A DNA stretch of 63,609 nucleotides, counting the filler, from Octopus bimaculoides (Eukaryota), in assembly GCF_001194135.2 (NCBI RefSeq). It is 8 parts of 8 records of this genome, joined end to end, with 100 filler letters (N's around TTAATTAATTAA, not from the genome) between each part and the next. Parts side by side here need not be neighbours in the genome. Positions count along the whole stretch, not along the records: positions 9,044 to 31,053 come from NC_068989.1; 7 more parts are not named here. The stretch is one strand, 5' to 3'. The notes beneath the pieces were generated by a model. It was not told the origin of the DNA and made no database searches. It saw nothing but the letters and a program-made list of their open reading frames with translations. A program made the translations under genes and the position numbers. Of the stretch, positions 14,586 to 27,800 are shown piece by piece. The stretch's first letter is position 1. Every line of letters starts with the position of its first letter.

Positions 14586-14639
14586 CATGCATACACACGC
14601 ATACATACATGCATACACACATATATGTATGTATGTATA

Positions 14640-14905
14640 TATATTGATAGAAAAGGTAAGACAACAAAAGAAAGAGACCTCGATATTATGTAAATAGAGG
14701 AATTTATCTGTAAATAATATGTGACAATTATTCGGTAGCCATGATAAAACTCTGAGTTTCGGATGTCGGAGCGGACCCACGCCGCCATTTCTTCAGTTAT
14801 CTGGATATCGAAAAAATGCTATGAAAATGACCGTTAAACAAAGGGAAATTACTGTGTGATTGACCGTTATTAAGACAAAAGAGCTATTAGAATGACCGCT
14901 AAGTA
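14640..14905 (-). mobile_element. hammerhead-bearing repeat, copy 3 (Penelope-like or retrozyme-like?)
   Basis: Reverse complement of 62565-62880; ends in TTTTCTATCAAT followed by (AT)n. Confidence 0.7.
14736..14807 (-). ncRNA. putative type I hammerhead ribozyme, copy 3 (G10.1 to A)
   Basis: Minus strand reads CCAGATAA CTGAAGA AATG...CATCC GAAA CTCAGAGT T TTATC A TGGCTA. Confidence 0.6.
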
Positions 14906-14954
14906 AAGGGAAGGAGTAAAGGTAAGAGTGTATCTATATATATTGCTCTTAGGG

Positions 14955-15835
14955 AACTGTCTTGGGGCTACTACTGTTTATGGTATCTCTCTCGGTTATG
15001 GCATCAATTACGCAGGCAGCCACTCTTACTAGTTATGTCGATGATACAAGAGTAGGAAAATTAGTCAAGGAACCTTTCGATGCTAATATTCTACAGAAAG
15101 ACCTAGACGCCATATATAAATGGACTGCAGAAAACTATGCAATTTAATGCAGAAAAAATTCAAGCGTTCTTCTATCATCCAGCTTGCATTAATATGCTGC
15201 AATAATGATATTTTGATCACGAAGAGTTGCAATCCCAGAGTCAAACATAGAGCATGATCTGGGGATTAATATGAGTAATGACTCCTCGTTTCATGTACAT
15301 ATCACCATGATGGTGGAAATGTGCTGCTGAATGGCCGGATAGAATCTGAAAACTTTTAGAACAAGGGACCAGGAAACTATGTTAGCTCTATGAAGGACAT
15401 TTGTTCTCATCCGTCTGGACTCCATATAGCGAAGACGGATGAGATGTGCGGTGATATACATATGGAAGATTCTTGAGGGGTTGCAACTAAACTTTGGCAT
15501 CGGAAATTATACCAGCCCCTGAACTGCACATCACTGGACTATTCCAAAGGCATCACCCATCCCGTCCAGAGTGGGGATCGGGTTCTGCAATAGTTTAGGA
15601 TTTAAAGGCCTATATCTATTTAGTATCTTGCTAAAATATCTACATGGAGTATAGGTAGATATTTTCAAGAAACAGCTTGACCTCGTGCTGTCCAAGGTCC
15701 AATATGTACCTACTTCACGGCAAGAAATTCAGAGGAGGGTATATCAAGCTTCCTCCTTCGCCAAAAGTAAATCACAAAAGAATGGCCATTGCAAAGGCGT
15801 TTCTCCAGCATGGCCACAATCTTTGGGCTGAAATT
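14955..15835 (+). mobile_element. CR1/L2-group LINE, decayed 3-prime fragment
   Basis: GTVLGLLLF...SYVDDTR...LQKDLDAIYKW (RT motifs), then IWKILEG...FKKQLD; multiple stops and frameshifts. Confidence 0.85.
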
Positions 15836-17359
15836 CACAAAAGATTAGATGAATAAATTAACTTAAGATTCGAAAATTGATTATCTTTCACCTTTCTACA
15901 GATAGAAGAATGTGTTATATTCTTTGAGTGGATATATTCGTATATTTATATATATGTTTTCAAAATTTTAGAATGAATGTAAGTTATTCAGAAATCACGT
16001 AGACAGTGTGTTTTCACATAGCATATAAATTGATGGTGTAGGAAGATTTTATTAGACTACAGTTCCATCACTAGTTTAAGTTCTTATGAGATCATAAGAA
16101 TGATCTATTTCATCTGCCTCCATAAATCTAAATTGACGGTGTTGTAGAGTGCCAGAACTTTATTAAGTACTTGCGAAAGTGCTGGCAGTTGCCAAAAATT
16201 CAGAACGAGTATTTAGGTATTTCTTTGAAGTTTTTATGTTGTTTTACATTGTAGCTTTTTCAACCGAGCATATTTGATAGCGTCCTATGTCATTGATATA
16301 CGGTTTGCATTGCTACCGGATCTTCCATTTTATGTTGCATTCGTTGTTAGTTTCTTTTGACTACCAAACATAGTTGAAGAATACAATCGATGACCTCTTC
16401 TTGTTTCTGAAGGAACCAGTTAACGTATCTTTGTTTAAATCTTCCAAAGTGTGATATAATATTCAGATGAAAGTAAAACTTTAATATTACGAATCTGAAT
16501 TTCATATTTCGCCTTATGATCCTGTATTTGAAGATGCAAAAGGTGAATCTTGCTTTCGGCTTCAATAAAATATTATCAGAAATGTCGTAAACCATTGATT
16601 GGTTCGTAGGTAACCTATAACCAATGTCGTCATTGTTCAACAAATACGATATAAAGTAAAAATCAACACGCAGATTGAATCAAAATAACAGTAATATTGT
16701 TCAATAGAATCACACCACTTTAATATCAATATTGGAATAAAACAATTTATTCAAGTAAATATTTGGTTTTTGTATTTGGTTTACAAAATTCTTGATGAAA
16801 AACCGTATATTGAAACATATTCTATTGTATCTTGGGAGAGTCGCTATGCCAAAAATAAATATACGCACTGGCTTTACTTCACTTCTTTTATTATTATTAG
16901 TCAACTGGTTAACTATTTGATAATTTAACTAATCAGTTGTTTGATAAATCGTTCGATCAATAAACCAATCAGCTTGACATGTCATTTATTTCGTTGCCAT
17001 ACGCGCCCTTTTCAGTGACATAGCCTTTCTACTCCAGGTCTACCTATCTCCTAGTTTACAAATTCTATTATCGGCATAATGATCCTCCAAAGATACAACA
17101 AAATCAAATAAAACACTATAAATTATCTCAACACTTCAGAGAAACGGTACGTTCTCAGAAGAGTTCATTATGTTCAATTTCCCGGAGGAGTGAAGAAACT
17201 AAGTTTTCCTGTCTTGATCTTCGCTTGTAACTCTTTCAACATACGGCCTACAATGTGTTGGCGAAAGGTTGGGGCGGCAGTTGAATTTGTACATTCTTTT
17301 CTTGGCCCCTCAATATAGCCAATCCCGAGATATATAGAGAGAGATAGAGATAGATAAAT

Positions 17360-17408
<49 letters not shown>

Positions 17409-17456
17409 GAGAGAAAGAGAGAGAGAGCCGGAACAAATGCAAGGCATTCTAATCGA

Positions 17457-17497
<41 letters not shown>

Positions 17498-18555
17498 ATG
17501 TTATTACTTTGGTTGTGGACCAAGTTGCTGGCAGTGAAACACATCTATTAAATCCATTTTATATTATAAAGACTGTTGCAGAAAGTTCGGCTTCTTCAAA
17601 TATTTTGTTTCTTAAAGATTCTGTTGTGTATGATATTTTCATAACCAATGTGAAACAGAATTTTTGCAACAGGAGTTTAAGTCCTATTCAAATACTGGTG
17701 TCGGTGAATTGAGCGGGGGATCGTTAGAGCTTTACAAAAATGTCTCGTGGCATTTCTTCGGACACTTCGGCATTCAGAGTTGAAATATCGACGAGTTTAA
17801 GTTTGCTTTTCATCCTTCCTCGATTGATAAAATAAAGTATCATTCCAGAATTGACTTCGGCTTAATCGACCGATACTGGTGATTCTCGTTGACTGCAGTT
17901 GAATACACCAAACCAATCTTAGTGATTCTTGCACTTTAAGTTCAGATGTGAGTTTGTTGGGGTGGATGAGAAAAAATCTGTGTATAGCGATTTAGTGACT
18001 TTCAAATCAGATCTTATTTGTAGTCAATTGCTTTCATGTCTTTTATAGTCCTTTACAGTGGGAGTTCATCTCCTCCTCATCCTGCACTTTATTTTTTCTT
18101 CCATTTTCCATACCTAGTTTGCTGAAATCACGTTAGGCACATCCAAGCGTCCTTTAAGTGTTACTTTGAGCGCATTGGAAATCCTCTACTATTCGCGCAG
18201 AATTTTGCTACTTTCCTCTTAAACCGATCAGCTCTTGGATACATTCTACATGCAAGGAGGCACATATCTTTGTAACATACACCTGTCCCGATTCTTCGAC
18301 TGAAATCGATCTGTCTAAAATCTTCCACAGTCTGCAATGCTAGAAAAAAGCTCTTATTAGTATTTTTCATATCGCATAAATTGTTGCTGCAGTTACTCTT
18401 GCAAATACTCTTGTATCTATAGTACAACTTTGTATTTTCTGATCTCAGCGTGTGACTGTCTCTGTTCATGAATGTATCATTTATCTGTTTCATTTTCAAT
18501 TTTTAACTTTTATCTTCTTCCCTATCAAAGACAATTTATCTTTTTTTTTTTAAAG

Positions 18556-18763
18556 AAAAATTCACTTTTGCATATTTGAAATGATTTTCGACATTTTCTT
18601 TTATATGAGAGAGGCGTATCCAGTGCTACAACGTTTCTCGTCGATGCCTCTTGCTGCCGCTCGAGCAGAAATAGAAGAAACAATACTGAAAAATGTAAAC
18701 AGAGGACAAGTTTTTCAAAACAATGAAATAATGTTTAAAAGACAGACAATTTGTTTACTCCAG
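18556..18763 (+). other. candidate exon of an unrecognised gene
   Basis: T-tract plus AAG acceptor, open frame KIHFCIFEMIFDIFFYMREAYP...TICLLQ, CAG/GTATTG donor; no family recognised. Confidence 0.3.
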
Positions 18764-19060
18764 GTATTGAAATAAATGGTCTCAGTTTATGAAATTTTTA
18801 TCCAGTGAAACTTGATAAAAATCCAGTTATCCAGTTTTCTCAAACATAATAATAATAATAATAATAATGATAATAATGATAATAATGATAATAATAATAA
18901 CAATCAGTTCTTTATTGTAACAAAACTGATGAATAGGGAACATTACAAAGAGATGCTTCGCGTGAATTTTACATCAAATGAAAAATAAAGCGTTGATAAA
19001 GGAAAAATAACATGAAATATATAAATGTAAAGATATATTATGTATAAATGTCCAATAGAT

Positions 19061-19223
19061 AGGCGCAGGAGTGACTGTGTGGTAAATAGCTTGCTTACCA
19101 ACCACATGGTTCCGGGTTCAGTCCCACTGCGTGATACCTTGGGCAAGTATCTTCTACTATAGCCTCGGGCCGACCAAAGCCATGTGAGTGAATTTGGTAG
19201 ACGGAAACTGAAAGAAGCCCGTC

Positions 19224-19302
<79 letters not shown>

Positions 19303-19440
19303 TGTATGTTTGTATGTCTGTTCTTGTCCCTCCAACATCGCTTGACAAACGATGCTGGTGTGTTTATGTCCCCGTAACTAAGCGGTTCGGCAAAAGAGAC
19401 CGATAGAATAAGTACTAGGCTTACAAAGAATAAGTCCTGG
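19061..19440 (+). mobile_element. tRNA-derived SINE family A with internal (TA)n(TG)n
   Basis: tRNA-like head, CORE-like ACCTTGGGCAAGT segment, internal microsatellite, conserved tail; other copies or parts at about 20107, 24660, 46255(-), 46737, 47280, 47505, 55460, 58080, 61615(-). Confidence 0.85.
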
Positions 19441-20107
19441 CCGTAGTAAAAGAATAAAAAAAAGAAAAGAATAGAGGTTAGTTAGCTAAGGTACTTTACA
19501 ACGTGTTAGCTCCTAGCATACCATTTGTGAATAATTTTGTAGGAAGTGAAGCAACCAAGAAAAGAGGGAAGTAGACACCTAAAGAGCCAGTGACAACAGT
19601 ATTAAAAAATACGTATTTTCAGAGCACCGCTATTCGTATTACTGAGCAGAAACAAAGAAATCAGCCCCTGCTACTCAATGCTAAGAATTGACAAGTACTC
19701 TTTCTCGGTAACGACTTGACATACAATTCCATACACCATGCTTCTTCGATGGTTTATATATATCAAGCCACATAACAGTTAGGACTTCTTTTCACCAGTC
19801 CAGAGAGAGAAAATTGAAAACTTTTTCCATTTTATGAGAAGCAGTGGTATATCACTTCTCTCCTTCAGCTTTCCTCGATTAATTTCTCAGGTATGTAGAT
19901 AAAGTTATTNNNNNNNNNNNNNNNNNNNNNNNNNNNNNNNNNNNNNNNNNNNNNNNNNNNNNNNNNNNNNNNNNNNNNNNNNNNNNNNNNNNNNNNNNNN
20001 NNNNNNNNNNNNNNNNNNNNNNNNNNNNNNNNNNNNNNNNNNNNNNNNNNNNNNNNNNNNNNNNNNNNNNNNNNNNNNNNNNNNNNNNNNNNNNNNNNNN
20101 NNNNNNN

Positions 20108-20147
<40 letters not shown>

Positions 20148-21640
20148 TTTATGTCTGTATTTGAGCCACCTCACCACTTGACAACTGGTATTGGTGTGTT
20201 TACTTCCCCGAAACTTAGTGATTTCGGCAAATGCGACCGATAGAATAAGTACCAGGCATAAAAAAGTCCTGGATCGTCTAATAACTCTTCAAAGTGTTGC
20301 CCCAGAATGGCCACAGTCTAATAACTGTCTCACATATTTACTTTTACTGGAGTGAACCCATTTCTAACACCCATCTCCATATTGCACCGTTGTCGATCCT
20401 TTATTATCAAAAGTTTGGCTATCACCATTATCACTACTGTCAAAATGCGACATTCTGTCTTACAAATGGTTCCCTTTGTTGAATTGTCATTATTCTACAG
20501 CGATACCTAATAAAAGCGTTGACACTTTTATGAGGTGTCAACGCCTTTATTGCGGTTTGTTCAATTCTATTCTGGTGTATAAGTGAAATCCAGGCAAAAT
20601 CTGTCAGCCAGATCAGATTTTCTAGGTTTTCATATCTCTTTTATTCCTTCTCTTCCCTCATAATCCCAGGATAGATAAAAAGTAGAATTCCAATTGTCTA
20701 TTAACTTCAACAAACCAGATGTTTCTTCCACCGGCCCTGTTCTTGTTTAGATGTGAACGGCTTATTATCTCCGTAACCCTTTTGCTATTTATGTCCAGGA
20801 CCAGCATCAGTGGCATAAACGTCATAGTTATTCTAAAGGAGAATAATCGTGTGTCTAGGAAATCCTGATCTTGCAAATGGCTACTACATCTAGACCTAGC
20901 GAGTGATGGTTGTTGAATAGGTATCGTTATTTCTTCACCAACACCAGGTTATGTGCATTTACACCGACTTTTGTTAGTATGACTAAGATTAACTTAACCT
21001 CGTTTAAAAACAATACTTCTACAGGAGCTTTGAAGCGGCCCACAATATACTCTGTCGTCCAAGATATAACATTTTCTGAGAGATCTATATACAGGTGGCG
21101 TGGTTCTTGCACGTCGTCTACATAATACAGCGCAACTTGTTCAGCACTCTTACGATCCTGCCATTCAATAATAATTTAGGCCATATCTTGTAACTTCTTT
21201 TCTCTTCTATATTATATTATATATGATATTAAGTTATCTTGGAGCTGTTATTCGCTTTTACATTACAGGATAATATACAAATATACCAATATGATATGCA
21301 ATATAGATATATTAACAAGATTTTGGCACTGACAACAGAAGTTAAGGTAATAAGACATTCAGTCATTCTTCATTTGCATACAGCTATTTCTCATTGGTAA
21401 CCGAAGTTAAAAGTCGATTCTGCTGGGCACCCTCTTCACTAATCGATGGAAATTGACTGTCATTTAAGAAAGAACTTGTCATAATAGAATGTATGAAATT
21501 TTAGTCTTGATGTTATTTACTAGTTGAACGTTTCATTCTTTCAGCAGCATTTTACACATTTATATTTCTATATCTATATAATTTTGCTCACACACACACA
21601 CACACACAGACACACACAAACACACAGACACACACACACA

Positions 21641-21680
<40 letters not shown>

Positions 21681-23944
21681 NNNNNNNNNNGTGTGTGTGT
21701 GTGTGAGTAAAAATAAATACAAGAAAAGGGGTTTTGTATGATTGTGTATAGAGGAATATATTATTTTATTTAAAAGAGTTCCAACTCTGTCTGTTTTTTA
21801 TGTTTTATTTATATTCTTGTAAAATTAATGTGGGATATAGAATATGGAATATACAATATATAATATAAAAATGGATGGTACAATGAAATAAAGTATTGAA
21901 TGTCTTATTGAATATATGGAATATGTCTTATTGAATATATGAAATATTGAATGTTCAATATAAAGGATTAAATATATAAAGGCGAATACGTATTTTCTAT
22001 ACCTTGTGGTATTTCATCATGGCCAGTATGACAGACTTTAAATTCCAAAAAGGATAACAATCTTTTACAAGAATTTTATCAGGAAGCCAGTGTGTAAAAA
22101 AATTCATAAGGGAAATTTCTATTCCCAAGAATATAATTATTCGTTTATATTTATATAAGGGCATTACTACGGAATAATGCCACACACTAGACTTCCCAAA
22201 TAAACACATTTTAGTACCGAATGCCTATATACACACATGTGTGCATATATACACACACACACTCCTTTATATGCACAAACACACATACATAGCAAATTCT
22301 TTCTGTCTACCTTTTATTTGGAAAAAAAAAGAAAAAACCGTAGATGGTAGCAATAGCAATCACCAGTCAAATTTCACACCTATATTTATTTTTTTTTTTT
22401 ATTTATGTGTTTCAGCCAANNNNNNNNNNGGTCATGCTGGTGCACCACCGTGATTGGAAGAGTACAGCAGGGTTCGCCACCATCCCCTGCCGGAGCCTCG
22501 TGGAGCTTTATGCGATTTCGCTCAATAAACACTCACAACGCCCGGCCTGGGAATCGAAACAGCGATCCTATGACCGCGAGTCTGCTGCTCTAACCACTGG
22601 GCCATTGCGCCTCCACTATATATTTATATATATATAATGTATATATCTGAGAATGTTTTAGTGTGAGTATATTCTTTCACTTTTTGATTGAGCTATGGAT
22701 ACACAGCCACAAATACATACATACGTACATACATATACATATACATATGCATATATATACACATGTATGAATAACGAAATAAAAGCATAAGTAGGCAGTC
22801 AAATGGTATCAGGTCAGTTTATAATATACTTGTATAACAGATTAGTTTCAAATTTTGGCACAAGGCCAGCAAATCCTGGGGAGGGATAAGTCGATTATAT
22901 AGACCCCAGTTTTCAACTAGCACTTATTTTATCGACTCTGAAAAGATGAAAGACAAAGTCGAACTCGGCGGAATTTGAACCCAGAAAAGTAAAGACAGAC
23001 GAAATGCCGCCAAGCATTTGGCCCGGCGCACAAACCATTCCGCCAGCTTGCCGCGTTATACTTATATAAGATATATGCAAATATACATAAAGGAATATAT
23101 GTAGCAAGTGTTCGAAATGTGAAAAGTTTGTAATAGTTCAGATGTAGATTGGTTCACTCCAAGATATGGTACACCTCTTTTCTATCACTTTCATGGTTTT
23201 ACCTCCGACACCATTGGTCTACTTACCAACTATGTCTCATCAATGCCGTCGACTTCATTTCTGTATATGCAAACAAGTTGCTTTGTTCTTTTTGTAGCAT
23301 ATAGTGCTAGTTTAAAATATATAGACATATTCTGTAGTACTGTCAAGTATTGATGCAAAATGCTGTTATCGCAACAATAGTATATATTTTCAAACTAGCT
23401 GCGAAGAATACATTAACATTATATATGAAAATGGCTGTAACGATTTATTGCATAGTAATAAATGTATAAGCAATATGTTTGTGCATAGTTAGACAGAGTA
23501 CCGAGTTGCTGGTAAAATTCCAAACAGGACTGAATAAGTCAGACTGATCTCTAATTTTCTGTCTATGGGGATAATGTAACATCAGAAGAAGGTATTTGTG
23601 ACTTTCCATTACATACATTGTTGATTAAAATCTATAGATATATTTTGTAATACGGTATAGTAATACATTTATTTTTGCAATTTTACCAAAACTCTGTCGC
23701 ATGGAACACATCAAACTACCACCCAACATGTATTTTCGTTGTTTGGACTCTGAACAATAAAGTACTTAAGCAGATACATGAAAAGGTAAGCAGAAAATGG
23801 TATCTAGTCAACTGGTGTGTGATGCTGTCACCGATCAATGACATTTAATAAGCTAATAAGAATTTTCTGTGCAGATTTTCTATTATACCGTAATCTTTGA
23901 TCTAAAATAAAATTAAGCCTCCTGAGCTGATATACTTTTGGAGG

Positions 23945-24010
<66 letters not shown>

Positions 24011-24811
24011 CATCTCTCTCTCTCTCTCTCTCGAATTGATTTAAACATTATACTTCAAAGTATGCTTATGTTAGCAATAAACAAGACATATTTTACTTTC
24101 GTAATTGAAATTTGTTAATGCGATAATATTAAACTGATATATATTAAACAAAATTGACTCTTTGGAGAGAGTGATGACGTCGGTCAATGAACATTAAATG
24201 AATGAGCAGGAACATAAGGCTAAATGCCAGGCAAAGCTAATATTAAATTGCATTTCGTTGAGTTCGTCTTGTTCTGTGTTCAAATACCCTAATCCTCGAC
24301 GTTGTGTTATATATCTCTATTTTGATAAAACAACAACCAATATGACATTCTAGAGTTGGTTTAACTAATGCTATCCGTCTTAATATTTACCTTGACTTGA
24401 ACAAATACACTATAATATTTTTCATCGTTTAACTCAATTATATTTATTATCAGTTTCTTTCACAAATCTGAAAACTTTAGAGGAGGAGAATAGTGGATTA
24501 AAATTAATCCATACATAACTAGTTCTTATTCAATGAGTGTAGCCGTGAGATGTAATAGACTTTCCGCAGTAAGTAGTTGTATCTAAATACTAAAAGACAT
24601 CTCTGATTTTGTACGATCATGTTATTTGTTGCCCTTCAATAATAATAATAATCTCTAACATGATCACAAGCATGGCTGTGTAGATCAGAAGTTCGCTTTT
24701 CAACCAGCTGGCTTCGGGTTCACTCTCATTACACACCAACTATATTCCCGAACCGACCAATGCCATGTGAGGGAATTGGGTTGGCGGAAACTGCATGACT
24801 GCCCGCCCTCT

Positions 24812-24848
<37 letters not shown>

Positions 24849-27800
24849 CTTGCACACACACACACACACACACACACACACCAAACACACACACGTAATT
24901 TACACGGGTGAGTGAACAAACGAAAGAAAGTAGCAATCAGAACAGTTGGCTGACGTTACATATATTTAAGAACAGTTTGACTTAGCTCGACATTACCTAT
25001 AATTTCATGAGCGTGTAAAACTTGTCCATCCATCAGATGTTTGGAGGCAGTGTTTGAATATTAAATGAGATGGACGTGTTCTACGCACCCACGAAAATTT
25101 AAGTCATGTGTGTAACTTGTGTTTGTCTCCCCAATGCTGAAAATCTTTATTTACGTTCCCAAATAGTTAAAAAAAATCACGTAGAATAAGCATTTGACTT
25201 AAACAAAGTAAATACAAGAGTCAATGTATTCGACTTAACATTCCAAGGCGGTGCCCCAGCATGGCCACAGTTCAATGACTGAAACGACGACTTTGATGAA
25301 ATTTGAACTTAGAATGTAAAGAACCGGAAGAAATGCCACTTGACATTTTGTTCGACGCGCTAACGATCCGCCACCTTGCCCTCTAAGTTATTGGTTAATA
25401 ATCTAACTCAAGGCCTGAAGTTTTGCGGGATGAACCAGTCAATTTCATCAACTCCAGTGCTCGACTGGGAGTTATTTAATTTACCTTGAAAGGATGAAAG
25501 GCAAAGACGACCTCGGCGAACAGGTAGAATTGTTGGATCTTCAGAAAAATATCTAGAGTTATTTGTTCCGGCTCTTCACGTCTTCAGTACAAATCGAGGT
25601 AAGCTTTGCCCTTTCATCTTTCCGGTGTCGATTGAATGAAATACCAGTCATGTAATGCAGTAGATGAAACCAACTAACTCCTACCTCACCACTACAAATT
25701 TCTGGCCTTCTATATAAATTCTTTTCTACTCTAGGCACAGAGCCCGAAATTTTTTTTTGGTGGTGGTGGTGGGGAGTCGACAAGATCAACCCCAGTACGC
25801 AACTGGTACTTAATTTATCGACCCCGAAAGGATGAAAGGCAAAGTCGACTTCGGTGGAATTTGAACTCAGAACGTAAAGACCGACGAAATACCGCTAAGC
25901 ATTTCACCCGGCGTGCTAACGCTTCTACCAGGTCGCTGCCTTGCCTTCTCTATATATTGGAGATAATATGTAAGTAGCAGTTGTGTGTGATGAGGTAGTT
26001 TTAATCGGCCACATTCTTTCGGTACACTTTGTAGATTTGTGAGAATGTTTGTAATAACCGAGTAAAACAATATTATTCTGATGAGCTACACATATCAGAT
26101 CGAATTCTGGCAAATCAAGGAAAGTTTTAAGAGATGGCGTTTTCACTAAATTGACTCTAGAATGCATTAATGGTTACCTTGTTTATCTCAGAGGAGATTA
26201 AGATGCAGAGGGAGGATACACAATATCATTCTTTATAAGATTTGAACTCCTAAAAACTGCAATCAAACATGGTCTGTTTACTAACAGCTGCAGTTAAACT
26301 TTAGCCTGTTCGCTGACCGCTGTGATCTTTCTCCAATTACTAATTCTTATTTAATATAAATCAGATTATTTTTATCGCATTAGCACATTTCTATTACGAA
26401 GTAGATTGCATTTCTTATTGCTAACATAAACAGACTTTGAAGTATGTGGTTTAAGCAAATTTAATATATATACAGGCTTACACAAATATAAGCTCATGAA
26501 GCTTAATTTTATCTTAGATCAAAAATTTCAATACAAATATGGACAGAAAAGTCTCATAAACGTATCAGATATCAATTTTATCTAGATATTTTGTATTTTA
26601 TTTAATGCATAAAATAACGATCGTGGTGGCACAGCTAAAGTGGCCACTGATACTGGAAGGAAGAATTAAGTCTATATAGGGCGAGCATGTTTAGCTGAAA
26701 GGACAAGTGTTGCAGCAAGCTAGAGAGCGTTCAACGGAAGAAGCAGGGGCCAGATTAGATAAGACGGAGGTATCGTTAGATAGTGAATGGAGAGGTGAAG
26801 CTGGCTGGCAGCTAAGAGAGAGGAAGGGAATGTGGTTGGTGGTAAAACCAAATAGAACGTACGGCGTTTCAGGTGCTGTTAAAATCATGGGTGCAATGCA
26901 GGCTGAGTAAGTATTGCTTACACAAAACACCATTTTCCCAATTTTCACTTTCTTGATAAAGGGCTACTTTTCTTACGCATCTGGTTCACATTTTTGCCTT
27001 TTGTATGACATAAATTAGCATGTTTTGTTTTGGATTTTTTTTTCTGATGCCATCGCCATAGTCGACTCAGACCTGCTTCTAGATTTCCACTACATTAGAT
27101 TAATATACTACACCAAATTTCTGCAATGTTCGTGTCTCCCTGTGTTGAATACATAAATCTTCGTGATATACATCATAGTTCCAAAACAGTTTCTCATCCT
27201 TGTGTCTTTCGATGCTCACCGTTACGCTGTATCGCTACCTTATCTACACTGTTTTCGTAAGCGGTGGCTTCATTTACTATTTCATCTCGCGAGTTTCTAT
27301 TTCCATTTAAAGCCCATTAACTCTCTTCCCCATTATTGAGCACATTCCCATCCTCACAGCCTGTAAACTCACGCGATCTAAGAACCAACCAATTTACTCG
27401 TTCTCAATTCCTTACGTAATAGTTACGAAACTCGCCTTATTCTTTCTTCCACCTGCACCATACCCATTCCTCACGCGAAACAAGCATCTCAACCGAATAT
27501 TATTCGACATGCTTTCACAGAGCAAAGCTAGAAATTTCTGGTAACGATTTAACTCAGCTGCTGCTTTCCCGCCTTGACCTGTGTATCGCACTGCATCCGC
27601 TATTGTTGGTCACCCTTCAACCGATCACCTTCGGACGCTGCGTGTTATATCGAGCCTTCGTTTCATAACCCACATCTGTTGATGAGTTCCAGACCCGAAC
27701 TGATATCGAAGGTTAGCTGCCATGCACAAAGCTGCTTATATTCTTCCACCAGAGACCACATGCTTTCCATTGCTGCTGCAATCTCGCTGGTTGCGAAATC

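Noticed and set aside
18161-18499. 112-aa minus-strand ORF
   Set aside because: No recognisable motif or convincing splice signals; possibly decayed transposon sequence
19061-19140. tRNA-like heads of SINE families A, B and C as tRNA genes
   Set aside because: Each continues into a multi-copy SINE body and lacks a full cloverleaf
20509-20551. Small 17-bp-arm hairpin
   Set aside because: Real but isolated; no TSD or second copy to support an element
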